This document shows positions 1 through 10,204 of a stretch of 64,000 nucleotides of DNA, one piece after another. The translations under genes and the position numbers were made by a program. Source of the DNA: a virus; IMG/VR virus record IMGVR_UViG_3300031707_000005, positions 1 through 64,000 of that record; one strand, 5' to 3'. The notes beneath the pieces are model-generated. The model saw nothing but the letters and a program-made list of their open reading frames with translations, had not been told where the DNA came from and searched no databases. Positions within the stretch are counted from its first letter, which is position 1. Every line of letters begins with the position of its first letter.

Positions 1-586
1 ATCCAATCGGACCTGTGGCACCTTGAAGTCCGGGTATTCCAGTCGCACCCCTCTGGCCCGTTGGGCCCTGAACACCAGTCGATCCACGCGGTCCTGTAGG
101 ACCGGTTGGACCAGTCGGGCCCTGTGGGCCTGTAGGACCGGTAGGTCCAACTGGACCGCCAGCTGGACCAGTAGGGCCTTGCGGACCCGTAGGCCCTGTG
201 GCACCCGTGGCACCTGGAGGGCCTCCGAAAGGGCCCGTTGGGCCTTCAACACCAGTGGCACCCTGTGGTCCAGTGGCACCCTGGGGACCCGTGGGACCCG
301 TTACACCGGTAACACCTTGCGGTCCAGTACAACCAGGACCTGTAGGGCCCTGAACGCCAGTCGGACCTTGCGGACCCGTAGGACCCGTGGCACCCGTAAC
401 ACCCTGCGGACCAGTCTGTCCTCGTGGTCCAGTTGGACCCGTGGAACCAGCAGGGCCCGTAGGGCCAGTCGCACCAGTAGGACCCTGAGGACCTGTGGGT
501 CCACCAGACGGACCAGTAGCGCCAGTCGGACCTGGCGGGCCCGTGACTCCTACTCTTGTTATTCCGCGAGGATTCTCAATTCCCAT
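1..586 (-). CDS. Collagen-like (Gly-X-Y) fiber protein, 3' end runs off the window
   Basis: ATG at 586; manual translation [43 protein letters not shown]..., continuous GPT/GPQ/GAT triplets; absent from the ORF track because no stop lies in the window. Confidence 0.88.
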   Translation of the reverse strand, partial: MGIENPRGITRVGVTGPPGPTGATGPSGGPTGPQGPTGATGPTGPAGSTGPTGPRGQTGPQGVTGATGPTGPQGPTGVQGPTGPGCTGPQGVTGVTGPTGPQGATGPQGATGVEGPTGPFGGPPGATGATGPTGPQGPTGPAGGPVGPTGPTGPQGPTGPTGPTGPRGSTGVQGPTGQRGATGIPGLQGATGPIG

Positions 587-587
587 G

Positions 588-1874
588 TTAGGTACTTGAT
601 GCCGTAAGAGTTATTCCAATCGTCCCGGGAGATCCTGGAACTCCTCCTTCTGTAGCAATTAGTCTGACGGTGGTCGAACCGCCTGGAACACCGGCTTCAA
701 TCATGAAATTAACTGGACTGTTATCAGGCGGGATTGGTCCTTCAAACTCTTGCAGAGAAAGGTTTTGGATTGAGTATTGATTGAATGTTGCATAATCCAA
801 ATCAAGGAGTGTTTCCTGAATTTCCTCTGTTCCATTCCCCCACATAAGACGTAAAGATGCATAACCGCCTACAGCACCGCGTGAATAAGTAACATAGAAA
901 GTTACGTGACGAACGCGTTGAGGAATCTGGTAGTATTGTTGGTTAGTGAAGTTCCCAGCAGGAGGCAGTGGAGTTGTTGGAAGATGAATAGATCTCGCAA
1001 TTTCAAACCCACAACAGTCACCAGAAGGTGGTGATGGTACCGGAGGGAACGAAGGAGGGAATGGGGATGGATAGTTATTAATGACTATTACTCCTCCGCA
1101 TCTACCAATAGGTTCTTCACAAGTAAGCGACAACATTTGCGGAATAACAACAAAAGAAGAAGAAGACGTTGCTGGCACACATATGGTCGGCTTACCCGGA
1201 CACTGATCAATAACAACTATGATAAACGGAGCAGCAGGATAAATAACGCTAAATCGCATTTTAGCCGATTGCATCGGCGAGTTTTGATCTTGTTGATACT
1301 CCCAAAGAATTGTGTAATCACCCGACCCGACCATGACAGGCCACTGTGCATAATACTCACCAGGAGCAGCCGAAGTAGCAGAAGTTCTAGAGCCAGTGGG
1401 CCTGCCGATCGGATCTAGAATTGTCCAAAACACAGCATATGCATTTTGTGGATAACCGGAGTCATCTTTCAAAAAAAGTGGTAAGTCTCCACGACCAAGC
1501 ATCGTACCTGTTAAAAAGGTTGCGAAGCCTTCTACAGGAATAGCGTCTCCGGACGGAGGAGAACATTTAACATAACTAGATGGATCAACAACAAAGAAAC
1601 CCTCAGAAACAATTTCTGTCGAGCCGCCAGACACTTCTTGTATTTCCCATGTAATCCGATAACTTCCGTTTCTTACGTCCGTATGCCAAGGCGCATAGTA
1701 TTCTCCACAACGAGCTCGAATTGCAGTCAGTGATTCACCTGACGCCTGCGTCCCGTCGGCAGACCGAACAGTCCATTTAACAGAAAAAGCGTCCTGAGCA
1801 TAACCGTTCCGGTTGCTCAGGTAGAGCCTTAGTTCCCCTCGAGAGAGGTTCTGTCGAACAAGAAATGCGGCCAT
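588..1874 (-). CDS. Putative virion protein with two tandem Ig-like repeats and a Pro-rich linker
   Basis: Internal repeat [25 protein letters not shown] / [25 protein letters not shown], both followed by GEYYA..G.Y.I.WE; start placed at ATG 1874 rather than 1952. Confidence 0.6.
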   Translation of the reverse strand: MAAFLVRQNLSRGELRLYLSNRNGYAQDAFSVKWTVRSADGTQASGESLTAIRARCGEYYAPWHTDVRNGSYRITWEIQEVSGGSTEIVSEGFFVVDPSSYVKCSPPSGDAIPVEGFATFLTGTMLGRGDLPLFLKDDSGYPQNAYAVFWTILDPIGRPTGSRTSATSAAPGEYYAQWPVMVGSGDYTILWEYQQDQNSPMQSAKMRFSVIYPAAPFIIVVIDQCPGKPTICVPATSSSSFVVIPQMLSLTCEEPIGRCGGVIVINNYPSPFPPSFPPVPSPPSGDCCGFEIARSIHLPTTPLPPAGNFTNQQYYQIPQRVRHVTFYVTYSRGAVGGYASLRLMWGNGTEEIQETLLDLDYATFNQYSIQNLSLQEFEGPIPPDNSPVNFMIEAGVPGGSTTVRLIATEGGVPGSPGTIGITLTASST

Positions 1875-2082
1875 ATCACCCAGAATCTTGAATAAGCAGA
1901 CTATCGAGTTTCTTCTGTCTCGCACGAAATTCAGCTGCCCTGATATAAGCACATTTCCTACAATTTAGCTGAATCAACCTCCTCTTCGTTATTTTCACAC
2001 AGTCTTCAATCGGAACGAGTCCGTGCCTTTTACATAATATATGTGTTTTCGGCAAACTGACTGGACCGAATCCACAAAAGCC

Positions 2083-2463
2083 CTACATGAATGATGCATT
2101 AAGACCATTCGCAGAAGCAGAAGATGACATGGGAGATATGTCATACTCTCGAATTACTTCTGCAGCGATCGATGGCACAGAAAAAACAATTTTCCAGAAC
2201 CCTATTCGATCCGGATAAAATCGAACCGAATAAAATCCCGGTTGACCGATTATTTCATTGAAATAAACGATTCCAGCTGAAATGGATGAGTCCGGAACGG
2301 CGGAACCGTCCTGAATCGCCCAAGTCAGAGGAACATTATTAGAAAAGACGGAGATAGATACGTTGGCTGCCAGTACTCCGGCGACCCTCGTAATACTCCC
2401 CGGCGGATTATAGAGATCTATCTGGTCAAAAACCAGAGATGCAGCGGATATTGATCGGCCCAT
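2083..2463 (-). CDS. Hypothetical beta-rich (Ig-like) virion protein
   Basis: 126 aa, beta-strand pattern with G.Y.V.F.P..G.W motif; structural gene context. Confidence 0.5.
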   Translation of the reverse strand: MGRSISAASLVFDQIDLYNPPGSITRVAGVLAANVSISVFSNNVPLTWAIQDGSAVPDSSISAGIVYFNEIIGQPGFYSVRFYPDRIGFWKIVFSVPSIAAEVIREYDISPMSSSASANGLNASFM

Positions 2464-2518
2464 ACCGTAGCGCGGAAATAGAAGGTCACGGATAGAACTC
2501 TAGTATCTATAGATAGGT

Positions 2519-2902
2519 GTGAAACTTCTGGAAAAACTCAATTCTTTAAAGCCACAGATGGCTACCGCAGCACAATCAGTCATAGACGACTGGCAGCAGA
2601 ACGAAGATGGGTTCGATGAAGAACTAGGTTCCGGAGGTGTTTGCGATAAAATTTCTGAAGCAATAGCAGCCGTTATATCAGAAAACACTTCAGAAGTGGA
2701 ATTTGCAGATGGCGGCCATGAAGGAGACGATCACGCGTACTTAATTGTATTTAACAACACTGAAGCTTATGCAATCGATGTTCCGCCAGACATATATGAA
2801 ACAGGAGGCGGATATAATTGGAAGAAATTAGAAGGTGCTACAATATCTACATCAGATGTTGTAATTACGAAAGTTGACAGAGATCTCATAGTTAACTGGT
2901 AG
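2519..2902 (+). CDS. Hypothetical acidic protein
   Basis: 127 aa ORF with natural composition, counter-oriented to its neighbours. Confidence 0.6.
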   Translation: MKLLEKLNSLKPQMATAAQSVIDDWQQNEDGFDEELGSGGVCDKISEAIAAVISENTSEVEFADGGHEGDDHAYLIVFNNTEAYAIDVPPDIYETGGGYNWKKLEGATISTSDVVITKVDRDLIVNW

Positions 2903-3018
2903 TTGATGTAATTTAAAAAAATGAGTAAAGAAATTATGTAAGTACAGACAGTAAATAGTCCAAATGGGGTCTTTTTTCATCCAACTATTGTAACATAGTT
3001 ATCGATATTCGTAAAGTT

Positions 3019-3261
3019 TCAAAAGCAAAGCTGCTTGAATGCCATGATTTCTTGAGAAAATTGGTGAGGCGACACCTTTGCTATACCTTGGTAATAAGCT
3101 TCCCGTAGCTCTTTCACAGAACCAGCAGTGTTTGTAAAAATAAAAAACACCCTTTGGCCATGTCGCCTTTGTTTAAAGGTGCATCCACATATTTTTAAGT
3201 ATGCGGCCAGATATATATCATGGGTCTCGTAAGAGTTATCTTCTGTTGACTCAGTTGACAT
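3019..3261 (-). CDS. DUF5659-like small phage protein
   Basis: YETHDIYLAAYLKICG...RVFFIF pattern typical of this family (recognised from memory). Confidence 0.55.
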   Translation of the reverse strand: MSTESTEDNSYETHDIYLAAYLKICGCTFKQRRHGQRVFFIFTNTAGSVKELREAYYQGIAKVSPHQFSQEIMAFKQLCF

Positions 3262-3359
3262 AGATCATAACCTTTATTGAATCAACAACATTACCAGACA
3301 ACCATGAATTTCGGTCAAGCACCATATACTATACTGATCAGAATAAATTCAAATACATT

Positions 3360-3393
3360 TGCGCCTCCAGATGGAATTCCGTCTGGAGGCGCA
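3360..3393 (-). terminator. GC-rich hairpin, probable terminator after the 348-aa gene
   Basis: tgcgcctccagatgg-aatt-ccgtctggaggcgca inverted repeat about 20 nt past the stop at 3414; weak U tract. Confidence 0.6.
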
Positions 3394-3413
3394 GTGACCG
3401 ACCTAGGTCAAGA

Positions 3414-4460
3414 TCAAATTACGAACGGAGTTGACCCGTCGTTCGCGACGATGGCAACTGCAGCTCCGGCTGGAAGACCAACACGAGACCCACCAGGTTG
3501 AAACGACGGGCTCATGAGCTTCGAGAGCTTACCATAGACAAATGAGAGAAGAACCGGACCAGTCTCAACGAGAGACGGCGCGATGGTGTCAGCGATCGCC
3601 GTATCAAGACTGGATTTTTGAGCTGTCGTCAGGAGTGTAAAGCTCGACAACGCATTAATCGTGGCAGCAGAGACGTCAACCGACATGTTAGCGTACTCAG
3701 TCCACGTGAGAGCGGCGTCTGGAGAAACGGCATCTTCATTCGCAACCTTAACCGATGTTGCCGAGATGAAGTCGTTAATGCGGAACGTTCCGTTGTTAGC
3801 AGGGTTAGCCGAACCCGAGAACGTGATGACCTTGCCAACATCAGAAGCCTGCATACCCGTAAGGCCACCAATAGTCGCCTCAGTGCCATCGAAAGCCGTA
3901 ACGGTTGCTGCGGCGCCAGTTTGACCAGCAACGGCATTCAAGCCAACATACACGGCCTTAATCAAAAGGGAGACTGTGAGACCCGATAGAGCAGCAATCG
4001 TCAAACCAAGAACAGTCGCCAGGGCAGCAGCCGTGGTATCCATCTGAATGTACGCAGCAGACCCACCAATCGTCGAATCGATAGCGACGTTAGTACCGCT
4101 AACCCTGGCAAGGAATGGAAGACCAGCGTTCAGGAAACCAGCGTTCAGGTCAACAACGATCTGTGCAGCCGTAACAGCAGCACCCGATGACACTGTAATT
4201 GAAGTGTACGCCGCAGCGGCTGAAGCCTTGATCTTGAGAATTGTCCCGTTTGCGACAGTAGTATCAAACGGCGATGCAACGCTTCCAACGCGCGTTACAA
4301 ATGCATAGCTCTTTAGAACTGCTGCAAGCTCAGCGTCCGTTGGACTATGGAAGTAACGGCTCTGACCGGCCGGTTCAGAAGAGAAATTCCTCTGGGACCT
4401 GTTCTCAACGTCGTCGAGGTAAAGATGGCTGATGTCGGTACGAAGGGCTGCAACGCGCAT
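3414..4460 (-). CDS. Putative virion structural protein (Ala/Thr/Gly-rich)
   Basis: 348 aa, SD GAGGAG; beta-rich segment GLTGMQASDVGKVITFSGSANPANNGTFRI. Confidence 0.6.
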   Translation of the reverse strand: MRVAALRTDISHLYLDDVENRSQRNFSSEPAGQSRYFHSPTDAELAAVLKSYAFVTRVGSVASPFDTTVANGTILKIKASAAAAYTSITVSSGAAVTAAQIVVDLNAGFLNAGLPFLARVSGTNVAIDSTIGGSAAYIQMDTTAAALATVLGLTIAALSGLTVSLLIKAVYVGLNAVAGQTGAAATVTAFDGTEATIGGLTGMQASDVGKVITFSGSANPANNGTFRINDFISATSVKVANEDAVSPDAALTWTEYANMSVDVSAATINALSSFTLLTTAQKSSLDTAIADTIAPSLVETGPVLLSFVYGKLSKLMSPSFQPGGSRVGLPAGAAVAIVANDGSTPFVI

Positions 4461-4507
4461 TTTTGATTCTCCTCAGTGGGTAAATTTTATCAAAGAGTGA
4501 AAGACGA

Positions 4508-5083
4508 TCACAGTGTGAAGATGGCCGTCCTCTTTGAGTTAGCCTGAACGGTAACTTTCCAACCAACTCCGGGGGTGCCGATTGTCACGAGAGCGTCATC
4601 GATCTCAATCTTAATAGCAGAAATGGTATTCGGAGGACCGGCAGTGATGAGATCCGTATCAGTAATGACTTGAGATGAACCACCAGGACTAGTGAGTGTC
4701 ACGTAGGTAATATCTGGAGCCAAACTAAGAAAATTCGTCCCATTGACGGTCGTGAGACCAAGCGCATTAGACGCAGAAGTAATTGTCGGAGCTGCTATTA
4801 GCGCCGAACTAAATAAAGTCGTTGAAACCTCACCTCTGGCCGCAAGCCCAGCAAGGACACCCTTACTAGCAAGGGCAAGTAAAACTTCATCCGTCGGGAC
4901 CATGTCAATATAACCCTTGACGGACGAATCGAGTGGGTTAGAGTACGGAACGTAGACCTTCTGTTTCGCCGTTTGAGCGTGCGAAAGACCAGTTTCAAAC
5001 TGACCGGAAGTCCTGTCCACTTTATCGATAAGAATCGATCGGACGCGCCGTTGCTGATTAACAACCCTAACAAGTGTAGACAT
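4508..5083 (-). CDS. Putative virion structural protein with C-terminal Ig/IPT-like domain
   Basis: 191 aa, SD AGGAG; APTITS...TVNGTNF pattern. Confidence 0.55.
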   Translation of the reverse strand: MSTLVRVVNQQRRVRSILIDKVDRTSGQFETGLSHAQTAKQKVYVPYSNPLDSSVKGYIDMVPTDEVLLALASKGVLAGLAARGEVSTTLFSSALIAAPTITSASNALGLTTVNGTNFLSLAPDITYVTLTSPGGSSQVITDTDLITAGPPNTISAIKIEIDDALVTIGTPGVGWKVTVQANSKRTAIFTL

Positions 5084-5118
5084 GCCTGATCTCCTGTCCT
5101 ATAAAGACAATAAAAGCT

Positions 5119-5760
5119 TCACGTAACTGGATTATTCCTCAACGCTGCAGTGAGATTGAAAGCGGTAGCAGCTCCAGCCCCACGTACGAAAACTTGATAG
5201 AATGAGTCAAACGTTTTCGAAACATCCGTAAATTCAGCGGCCAATGACGGAATTCTTTGCTCCGGACCACCGGATTCAAATGCCAGGTATAGGTCATTGC
5301 CGCCATCAACCTGTACGCGCATATTGTGACACTGCATAGGAAGTTGCAGTTCGTAAGACCCCGTAATGTCGATCGCACTCGGAGCTCCGCCAGCGATCAC
5401 AAGTGCACGATTTGGTTGTGAACTGAACGGGAGAATAAGGTGTCTGGCCTCAAACGGACCGACCGTCCCATCAACACTAACTTGCTTGATCTGAATCCAA
5501 AGGGGGGCCGAGTCATTCAGCGAATAATCAACTGGATTAAACAAAAACCTTGTTTGGTTTCTGTAGTTACCATCGGTATAACTAGTGTTAACAACAGTTG
5601 CTGATGCTTTTCCATACGCTGGAACAGTCTCAAACTGTGTAAACGCAACGTCGAAATTTGTGGCCGAGAAAAATTGGTATGACGCTACTCCAGCACGTGC
5701 TTGAAGCACAAGGTCAACCAAATTTGTTCGACGCCTAACTAGGGATAATGATCGGGCCAT
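5119..5760 (-). CDS. Hypothetical structural protein
   Basis: 213 aa beta-rich ORF in the structural cluster. Confidence 0.55.
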   Translation of the reverse strand: MARSLSLVRRRTNLVDLVLQARAGVASYQFFSATNFDVAFTQFETVPAYGKASATVVNTSYTDGNYRNQTRFLFNPVDYSLNDSAPLWIQIKQVSVDGTVGPFEARHLILPFSSQPNRALVIAGGAPSAIDITGSYELQLPMQCHNMRVQVDGGNDLYLAFESGGPEQRIPSLAAEFTDVSKTFDSFYQVFVRGAGAATAFNLTAALRNNPVT

Positions 5761-5804
5761 TTCAAGGATGACCAGGGGACAAAAGGCGGAATTAATTAAT
5801 AACC

Positions 5805-6221
5805 CTATGAAGTTTTCTTCTTTCTTTCCTCCGCAACCTTAGGGTTATATGTAGCGGCACTATCAGTACCCTTTTCTTTTAGAGCCTGGAACTGTGCTTC
5901 GGCCCACGTACCGGTTTCTTTACCTTGGAAATTAGGAACGGCGTCTCGTTTAAGATGACCATAACGATCTTTTTCACGACGTCCAGCGGCTTCAGAAGAT
6001 TTCTGCCTATACTTTTTTACGCGTTCGCCTTTGGACGGCCATGAGCCGGACGGTCCATCTCGGAGAATAGTATGTGGTACATATGGTTTCCATAAATAAT
6101 TACATAAGGAACCACATTTTGGGCACGGCGGGTGGTGTTCTTTATATCCTGTCATCGAAGCTTGATCTTCGATTTCAGCCCCACATTTATTATTCGTACA
6201 AAGATAATCGTATTGTGGCAC
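5805..6221 (-). CDS. FmdB-like zinc-ribbon protein
   Basis: GTG at 6221 after GAGG gives MPQYDYLCTNNKCG...CPKCGS, the FmdB-type N-terminus. Confidence 0.7.
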   Translation of the reverse strand: MPQYDYLCTNNKCGAEIEDQASMTGYKEHHPPCPKCGSLCNYLWKPYVPHTILRDGPSGSWPSKGERVKKYRQKSSEAAGRREKDRYGHLKRDAVPNFQGKETGTWAEAQFQALKEKGTDSAATYNPKVAEERKKKTS

Positions 6222-6288
6222 AGTAAACCTCTTGCACGGCGGATTCCGCCAGTCCAACAAGACGTTACTGTTCGAATAAAACGAAGAT

Positions 6289-7635
6289 TTATTCTTCGGT
6301 TTGTTCTCCAGGCTCTCTTAAAGCTTCATAGTCAACATCATGCTCGTCCTCGGGCTCAGGTTCAGGTTCTTCCTCAGGTTCTTCCTCGGGCTCATCGAAC
6401 GCTTCATAGTCAATCTGTTCATGTTCTTCAGGTACTTCATCCGAAGCTTCGTAGTCTATATTATCTTCTGAATCATCTAGAGATTCATAGTCAACAGGAT
6501 GTTCTTCAGACACTGGTTCATCGACATCAGAGGTATCGACATCATAATTTTCTTCAGCAAGTTCATCAACTTCTTCAGGATGAACTTCAGCGGATTCTGG
6601 TTCAAAGTCTTTCGGCTCCTCGTCCCAGTCTATTTCAATGTCAATATCATTATCATCAAGAGACTCTTCAGGAACTTTAACGGTTCCTTCAAGACGATCC
6701 CACTGTTCATCGACTTGCTCCATGAGCTCATCGTCGTCAAGATCCCAGTTCTCTTCAGCAAGCTCCTGAACGAAATAATCCAGACGCTTCAGAACCGCTG
6801 CAGCGTGCTTACATAACCAGTATTTACGGTCGGGGTCACGAATATTCGGCGGAGAAGCCGTTCCATAAGGCTGGCCAAGCATAAATGAATTTGAGGAGGC
6901 ATGGAATTCGGGACCGTTGTACCTCCAGAATTTACAATCACATGATAAAGCAACTTCGTCGATTTCCGACAAAGAAGCTTTCACATCCTTCGGACCGTTC
7001 CCAGCATCAACTGAAAAAGAAAAAACGTGACTCTTCTTATCGTAAGAAACAAGAGATACGTCACATTTCTTCGAATTACGATCAATTTTATCAGGAATTC
7101 TCGATTTAAGATCTTCTGGCTTCAGCGCAAGTCGAAGTTTTAGAAGAATCGGAGTCGATATGGATGAATGGCGAGGTTTCTCTTTTGATCTATACGGGTA
7201 ATCAAAATACTGAGTCGTATCAATATCCGACAGGTAACTCGTGTCGGTCGGAGCTTGAATATTTTCGTCGAAATTATACTCTTGGTGATGCGTTAAATTA
7301 TCGGCACCATCAACTTCGAAAATAGAACCAGGTTCAGAACTCGGAACCGTTGGCTCGTTATCGTCATTTTTAAAAGTCTGGTAACTAAAGAGATCACCTT
7401 CCGGAGTGTCACCTGTGGGAGTTGCACCATCAGCGTAATGATGTGAGGCTATCTTTGCAGCTACAGAAGAAGTGATAGAATCGAGTTGGACCGGTATGAG
7501 GAATAATTGTTTCAGGTGATCTGGAATAGCTGCTGCGAAGCTAATGATATCGGGAAATACATCTTGACATTGAAATGAATATAAAGCAGCGTCTGAGAGG
7601 ACAAAACCATGCGGAATATTGGCTGGTCTTGCCAT
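6289..7635 (-). CDS. SWIM zinc-finger protein with acidic tail
   Basis: LSCDCKFW...LCKH (CxC...CxH); E/D-rich C-terminus with repeated (V/I)DYE. Confidence 0.65.
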   Translation of the reverse strand: MARPANIPHGFVLSDAALYSFQCQDVFPDIISFAAAIPDHLKQLFLIPVQLDSITSSVAAKIASHHYADGATPTGDTPEGDLFSYQTFKNDDNEPTVPSSEPGSIFEVDGADNLTHHQEYNFDENIQAPTDTSYLSDIDTTQYFDYPYRSKEKPRHSSISTPILLKLRLALKPEDLKSRIPDKIDRNSKKCDVSLVSYDKKSHVFSFSVDAGNGPKDVKASLSEIDEVALSCDCKFWRYNGPEFHASSNSFMLGQPYGTASPPNIRDPDRKYWLCKHAAAVLKRLDYFVQELAEENWDLDDDELMEQVDEQWDRLEGTVKVPEESLDDNDIDIEIDWDEEPKDFEPESAEVHPEEVDELAEENYDVDTSDVDEPVSEEHPVDYESLDDSEDNIDYEASDEVPEEHEQIDYEAFDEPEEEPEEEPEPEPEDEHDVDYEALREPGEQTEE

Positions 7636-7977
7636 TTATTTACCTATCCTACGCGGAATACGCATACGGACTTCTTCAAGCACGCGCTCGAGCTCATCGA
7701 CTTTCTCAGGTCGAAGAAGCTGACGCTGTTCTTCATAGTCAACCTTATTAACGGCCATAGACACCGCACCAAGAGCCTTCTCTAGTTTAAGAAGAGTCTC
7801 AGGAACGGCAAAGATCACATCCCCCGCAACGGCATAAAAATGATCTTTTTGTGGAGAACCGTTAACAAGATCTAATACCCGAACCACATAACTTTTAAGC
7901 TCATCGCAACGCAAACGAGCGTCACTGAGCTCTTCTTGAATATAAATCGTGGCCCCGGCAGTTCTATGGAGTACCAT
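7636..7977 (-). CDS. Hypothetical helical protein
   Basis: 113 aa ORF abutting the next gene; N-terminal HRTA motif. Confidence 0.6.
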   Translation of the reverse strand: MVLHRTAGATIYIQEELSDARLRCDELKSYVVRVLDLVNGSPQKDHFYAVAGDVIFAVPETLLKLEKALGAVSMAVNKVDYEEQRQLLRPEKVDELERVLEEVRMRIPRRIGK

Positions 7978-8012
7978 GTTACCCCGGGGGCCCTCATCAA
8001 AGTTCGACGGAG

Positions 8013-9083
8013 TCAGCCACCAAACTGCTTCGGGAAAGTCTGCTCGAGCATCTTTCTCATTTGGTCGCCTTCAGCAGCATACAGGGCCTCCAAGAACTGA
8101 GGAGTCGCCCCGTACGCTTCAACTGCAGCCATACGATCCTTAAGCTTGCCCTGGAATATCCAATCAGAAGGAAAATCAGGGTCAATTCTACGCGCCATGC
8201 GGATCTTCGGAGGAAGGCTCGTATCGATTTTCCGAGCTTTCTCCAGAGCTGCTTTCGGGTCTGCTTTAGTAGTTACCTTGGCAGATTCATTGCGGATGTT
8301 ACTAGTATCAGTAACACTAACACCGTCAGATGACGAGGCTTTCGAATGGCGAACTTTCCCAACAACCTCCCCACCGTCATCCTGAGAGGCCCGAACATTT
8401 CGATCGACCTGACTCACATTCGTCTTAATAGTAACGCCTTCAGTGGTCGACTCACGACTGAAGATTTCGGGCTTACCGAGACCACGATTCTCAATATCCT
8501 TAGCCATACCACTTGCACGACTGTCGAGTACATTATCTACCTTTAGAGTAGCGGGAGACCTGACTCTCCCAATAGTAACGGCATCTTGTTCTTCATGTTC
8601 ACTGTTATCAACACGCATACCAGCAGTCGACGCACGGCGGTTATTTTTAGACTCCAATACCTGAGGACGAGCCCGAGGGTTATTCGTAGAATCAGGACGT
8701 CGATCAGAAACGTTAAGGACGGTTTCTTCATCCAATGAATCCGTATCGAGCGGTCTATGGTCTCCGCGTTGAACTCGAGAAAGATCTCGGTTTATCGTCT
8801 GAGATTTTGCAATGTCTCGACTTGGCTGAACGGTAGCCACCTGACCGGTTCCGGTGCCGTCGGAATCAGTTGTAACCCACCCGTTCTTAATCGCACCGCG
8901 AAGTTGTGGTGAATGGATCTCTGAACCAGCATACTTCAAAAGCTGACCGTCATACTCAAATTCATCACCCTCTTGAATATCTATCGGGATAGATTTGGGG
9001 TCCGCTGCACCAACCCTGATTTTCATCAGAGCGTAAAACTTATGATAGGTACCACGTTGCCATTTAAAATTTGCGAAGTACAT
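8013..9083 (-). CDS. Hypothetical protein
   Basis: 356 aa, SD AAGGAG with an upstream TATAAT. Confidence 0.7.
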   Translation of the reverse strand: MYFANFKWQRGTYHKFYALMKIRVGAADPKSIPIDIQEGDEFEYDGQLLKYAGSEIHSPQLRGAIKNGWVTTDSDGTGTGQVATVQPSRDIAKSQTINRDLSRVQRGDHRPLDTDSLDEETVLNVSDRRPDSTNNPRARPQVLESKNNRRASTAGMRVDNSEHEEQDAVTIGRVRSPATLKVDNVLDSRASGMAKDIENRGLGKPEIFSRESTTEGVTIKTNVSQVDRNVRASQDDGGEVVGKVRHSKASSSDGVSVTDTSNIRNESAKVTTKADPKAALEKARKIDTSLPPKIRMARRIDPDFPSDWIFQGKLKDRMAAVEAYGATPQFLEALYAAEGDQMRKMLEQTFPKQFGG

Positions 9084-9187
9084 GTATCAGTCTCCTTCAT
9101 TTATATTATACTAAGAAGATGAGTCGTCTGTTATTAAAAGATTAACGATGGTCACCAATAGTGGGCCTCTAGTGATAAAGTAATATC

Positions 9188-9688
9188 ATGGCATTCATAG
9201 GAATTCATGTTCCGGAAGACGTTTCGAATAGTTTATCTATGGTGGAAACACCTGGAAAACAGGCAGAACCGGAAGAAATGCATGTTACTCTAATATATCT
9301 CGGAAAAAACGCACCATTATCTAACATAATAAAGGCATTCGCGGTTCTAGCATCTTTCGCTCAAAAAAGGAAGCCATTTTTGATCGGATGTGCGGTAAGA
9401 ACATGTTTCCCCGAAAACCCAGATGACGGAACTCCGATAATAGCGAGAGTTCAGTCTCTAAGTCTTGCAAAGCTGAGATCTGAATTAATGGTAGAGATGA
9501 ATATGGCCGGTGTTCAGTATATTGATAAATACCCGGAATTCAAACCACATATAACACTTTCCTATTCAGATGAACCGTGTGAAGACTTAGGGTTCAATCC
9601 TATAGTATGGAAAGTCAACGCACTAACTATCTGGGGTGGAGAGAGTATGAAAGATAGAGTTGTAGCTTCAGTGGAACTAGAAGGCTGA
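9188..9688 (+). CDS. 2H phosphoesterase (ThpR/LigT or Acb1-like fold)
   Basis: Two HxT motifs (MHVTL, PHITL) at family-typical spacing. Confidence 0.85.
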   Translation: MAFIGIHVPEDVSNSLSMVETPGKQAEPEEMHVTLIYLGKNAPLSNIIKAFAVLASFAQKRKPFLIGCAVRTCFPENPDDGTPIIARVQSLSLAKLRSELMVEMNMAGVQYIDKYPEFKPHITLSYSDEPCEDLGFNPIVWKVNALTIWGGESMKDRVVASVELEG

Positions 9689-9704
9689 TCAAGCATATAA
9701 AGCT

Positions 9705-10103
9705 CTAACCAAGCATTATTTCAGCTATACATGCCATACCTTCAAGATATACCTTATCAGCCCCGGAAACTTCACGAGAAAATCTGCGCATGAGCTCAGC
9801 CGTTCCATATCGGATGACTTGACGCTGAAACTTTCGGATAGAAGCACCGGGTATTTCTCGAGCATACCGGTAACAAAGTTCAGCGTCATTTGAACGTAAA
9901 ACGATGTTGGCAAGACGAGCGAGATCTATATTCCTACTACGCCATTGCCTGGCGAAATAGAATGCGGCCCAGCCGTGGTATTCACCAGTCCAGGAGTAAC
10001 GTGAGTCTACCCACCGACTGTTGAGTCCAGTCCAACCGATTAATAATTCTTGATATCTTCGCTCGAGCCTCTTAGTGAGTCTCGGCCTACTCTTCATGCA
10101 CAC
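9705..10103 (-). CDS. Hypothetical protein with short helical repeats
   Basis: Repeats AELCYRYAREIPGA / AELMRRFSREVSGA; SD GAGGTG. Confidence 0.6.
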   Translation of the reverse strand: MCMKSRPRLTKRLERRYQELLIGWTGLNSRWVDSRYSWTGEYHGWAAFYFARQWRSRNIDLARLANIVLRSNDAELCYRYAREIPGASIRKFQRQVIRYGTAELMRRFSREVSGADKVYLEGMACIAEIMLG

Positions 10104-10204
10104 AAATCACCTCATTGCAAGGTCATATTCTCCTCTTTGCAATGAGATTGTGCGAGAGCATGATCAAATTAAACCATACTTTATGTATCACGTCAAGAAT
10201 AAAC

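Noticed and set aside
23-607. Plus-strand 194-aa Arg/Thr-rich ORF
   Set aside because: Antisense shadow of the collagen-like repeat gene
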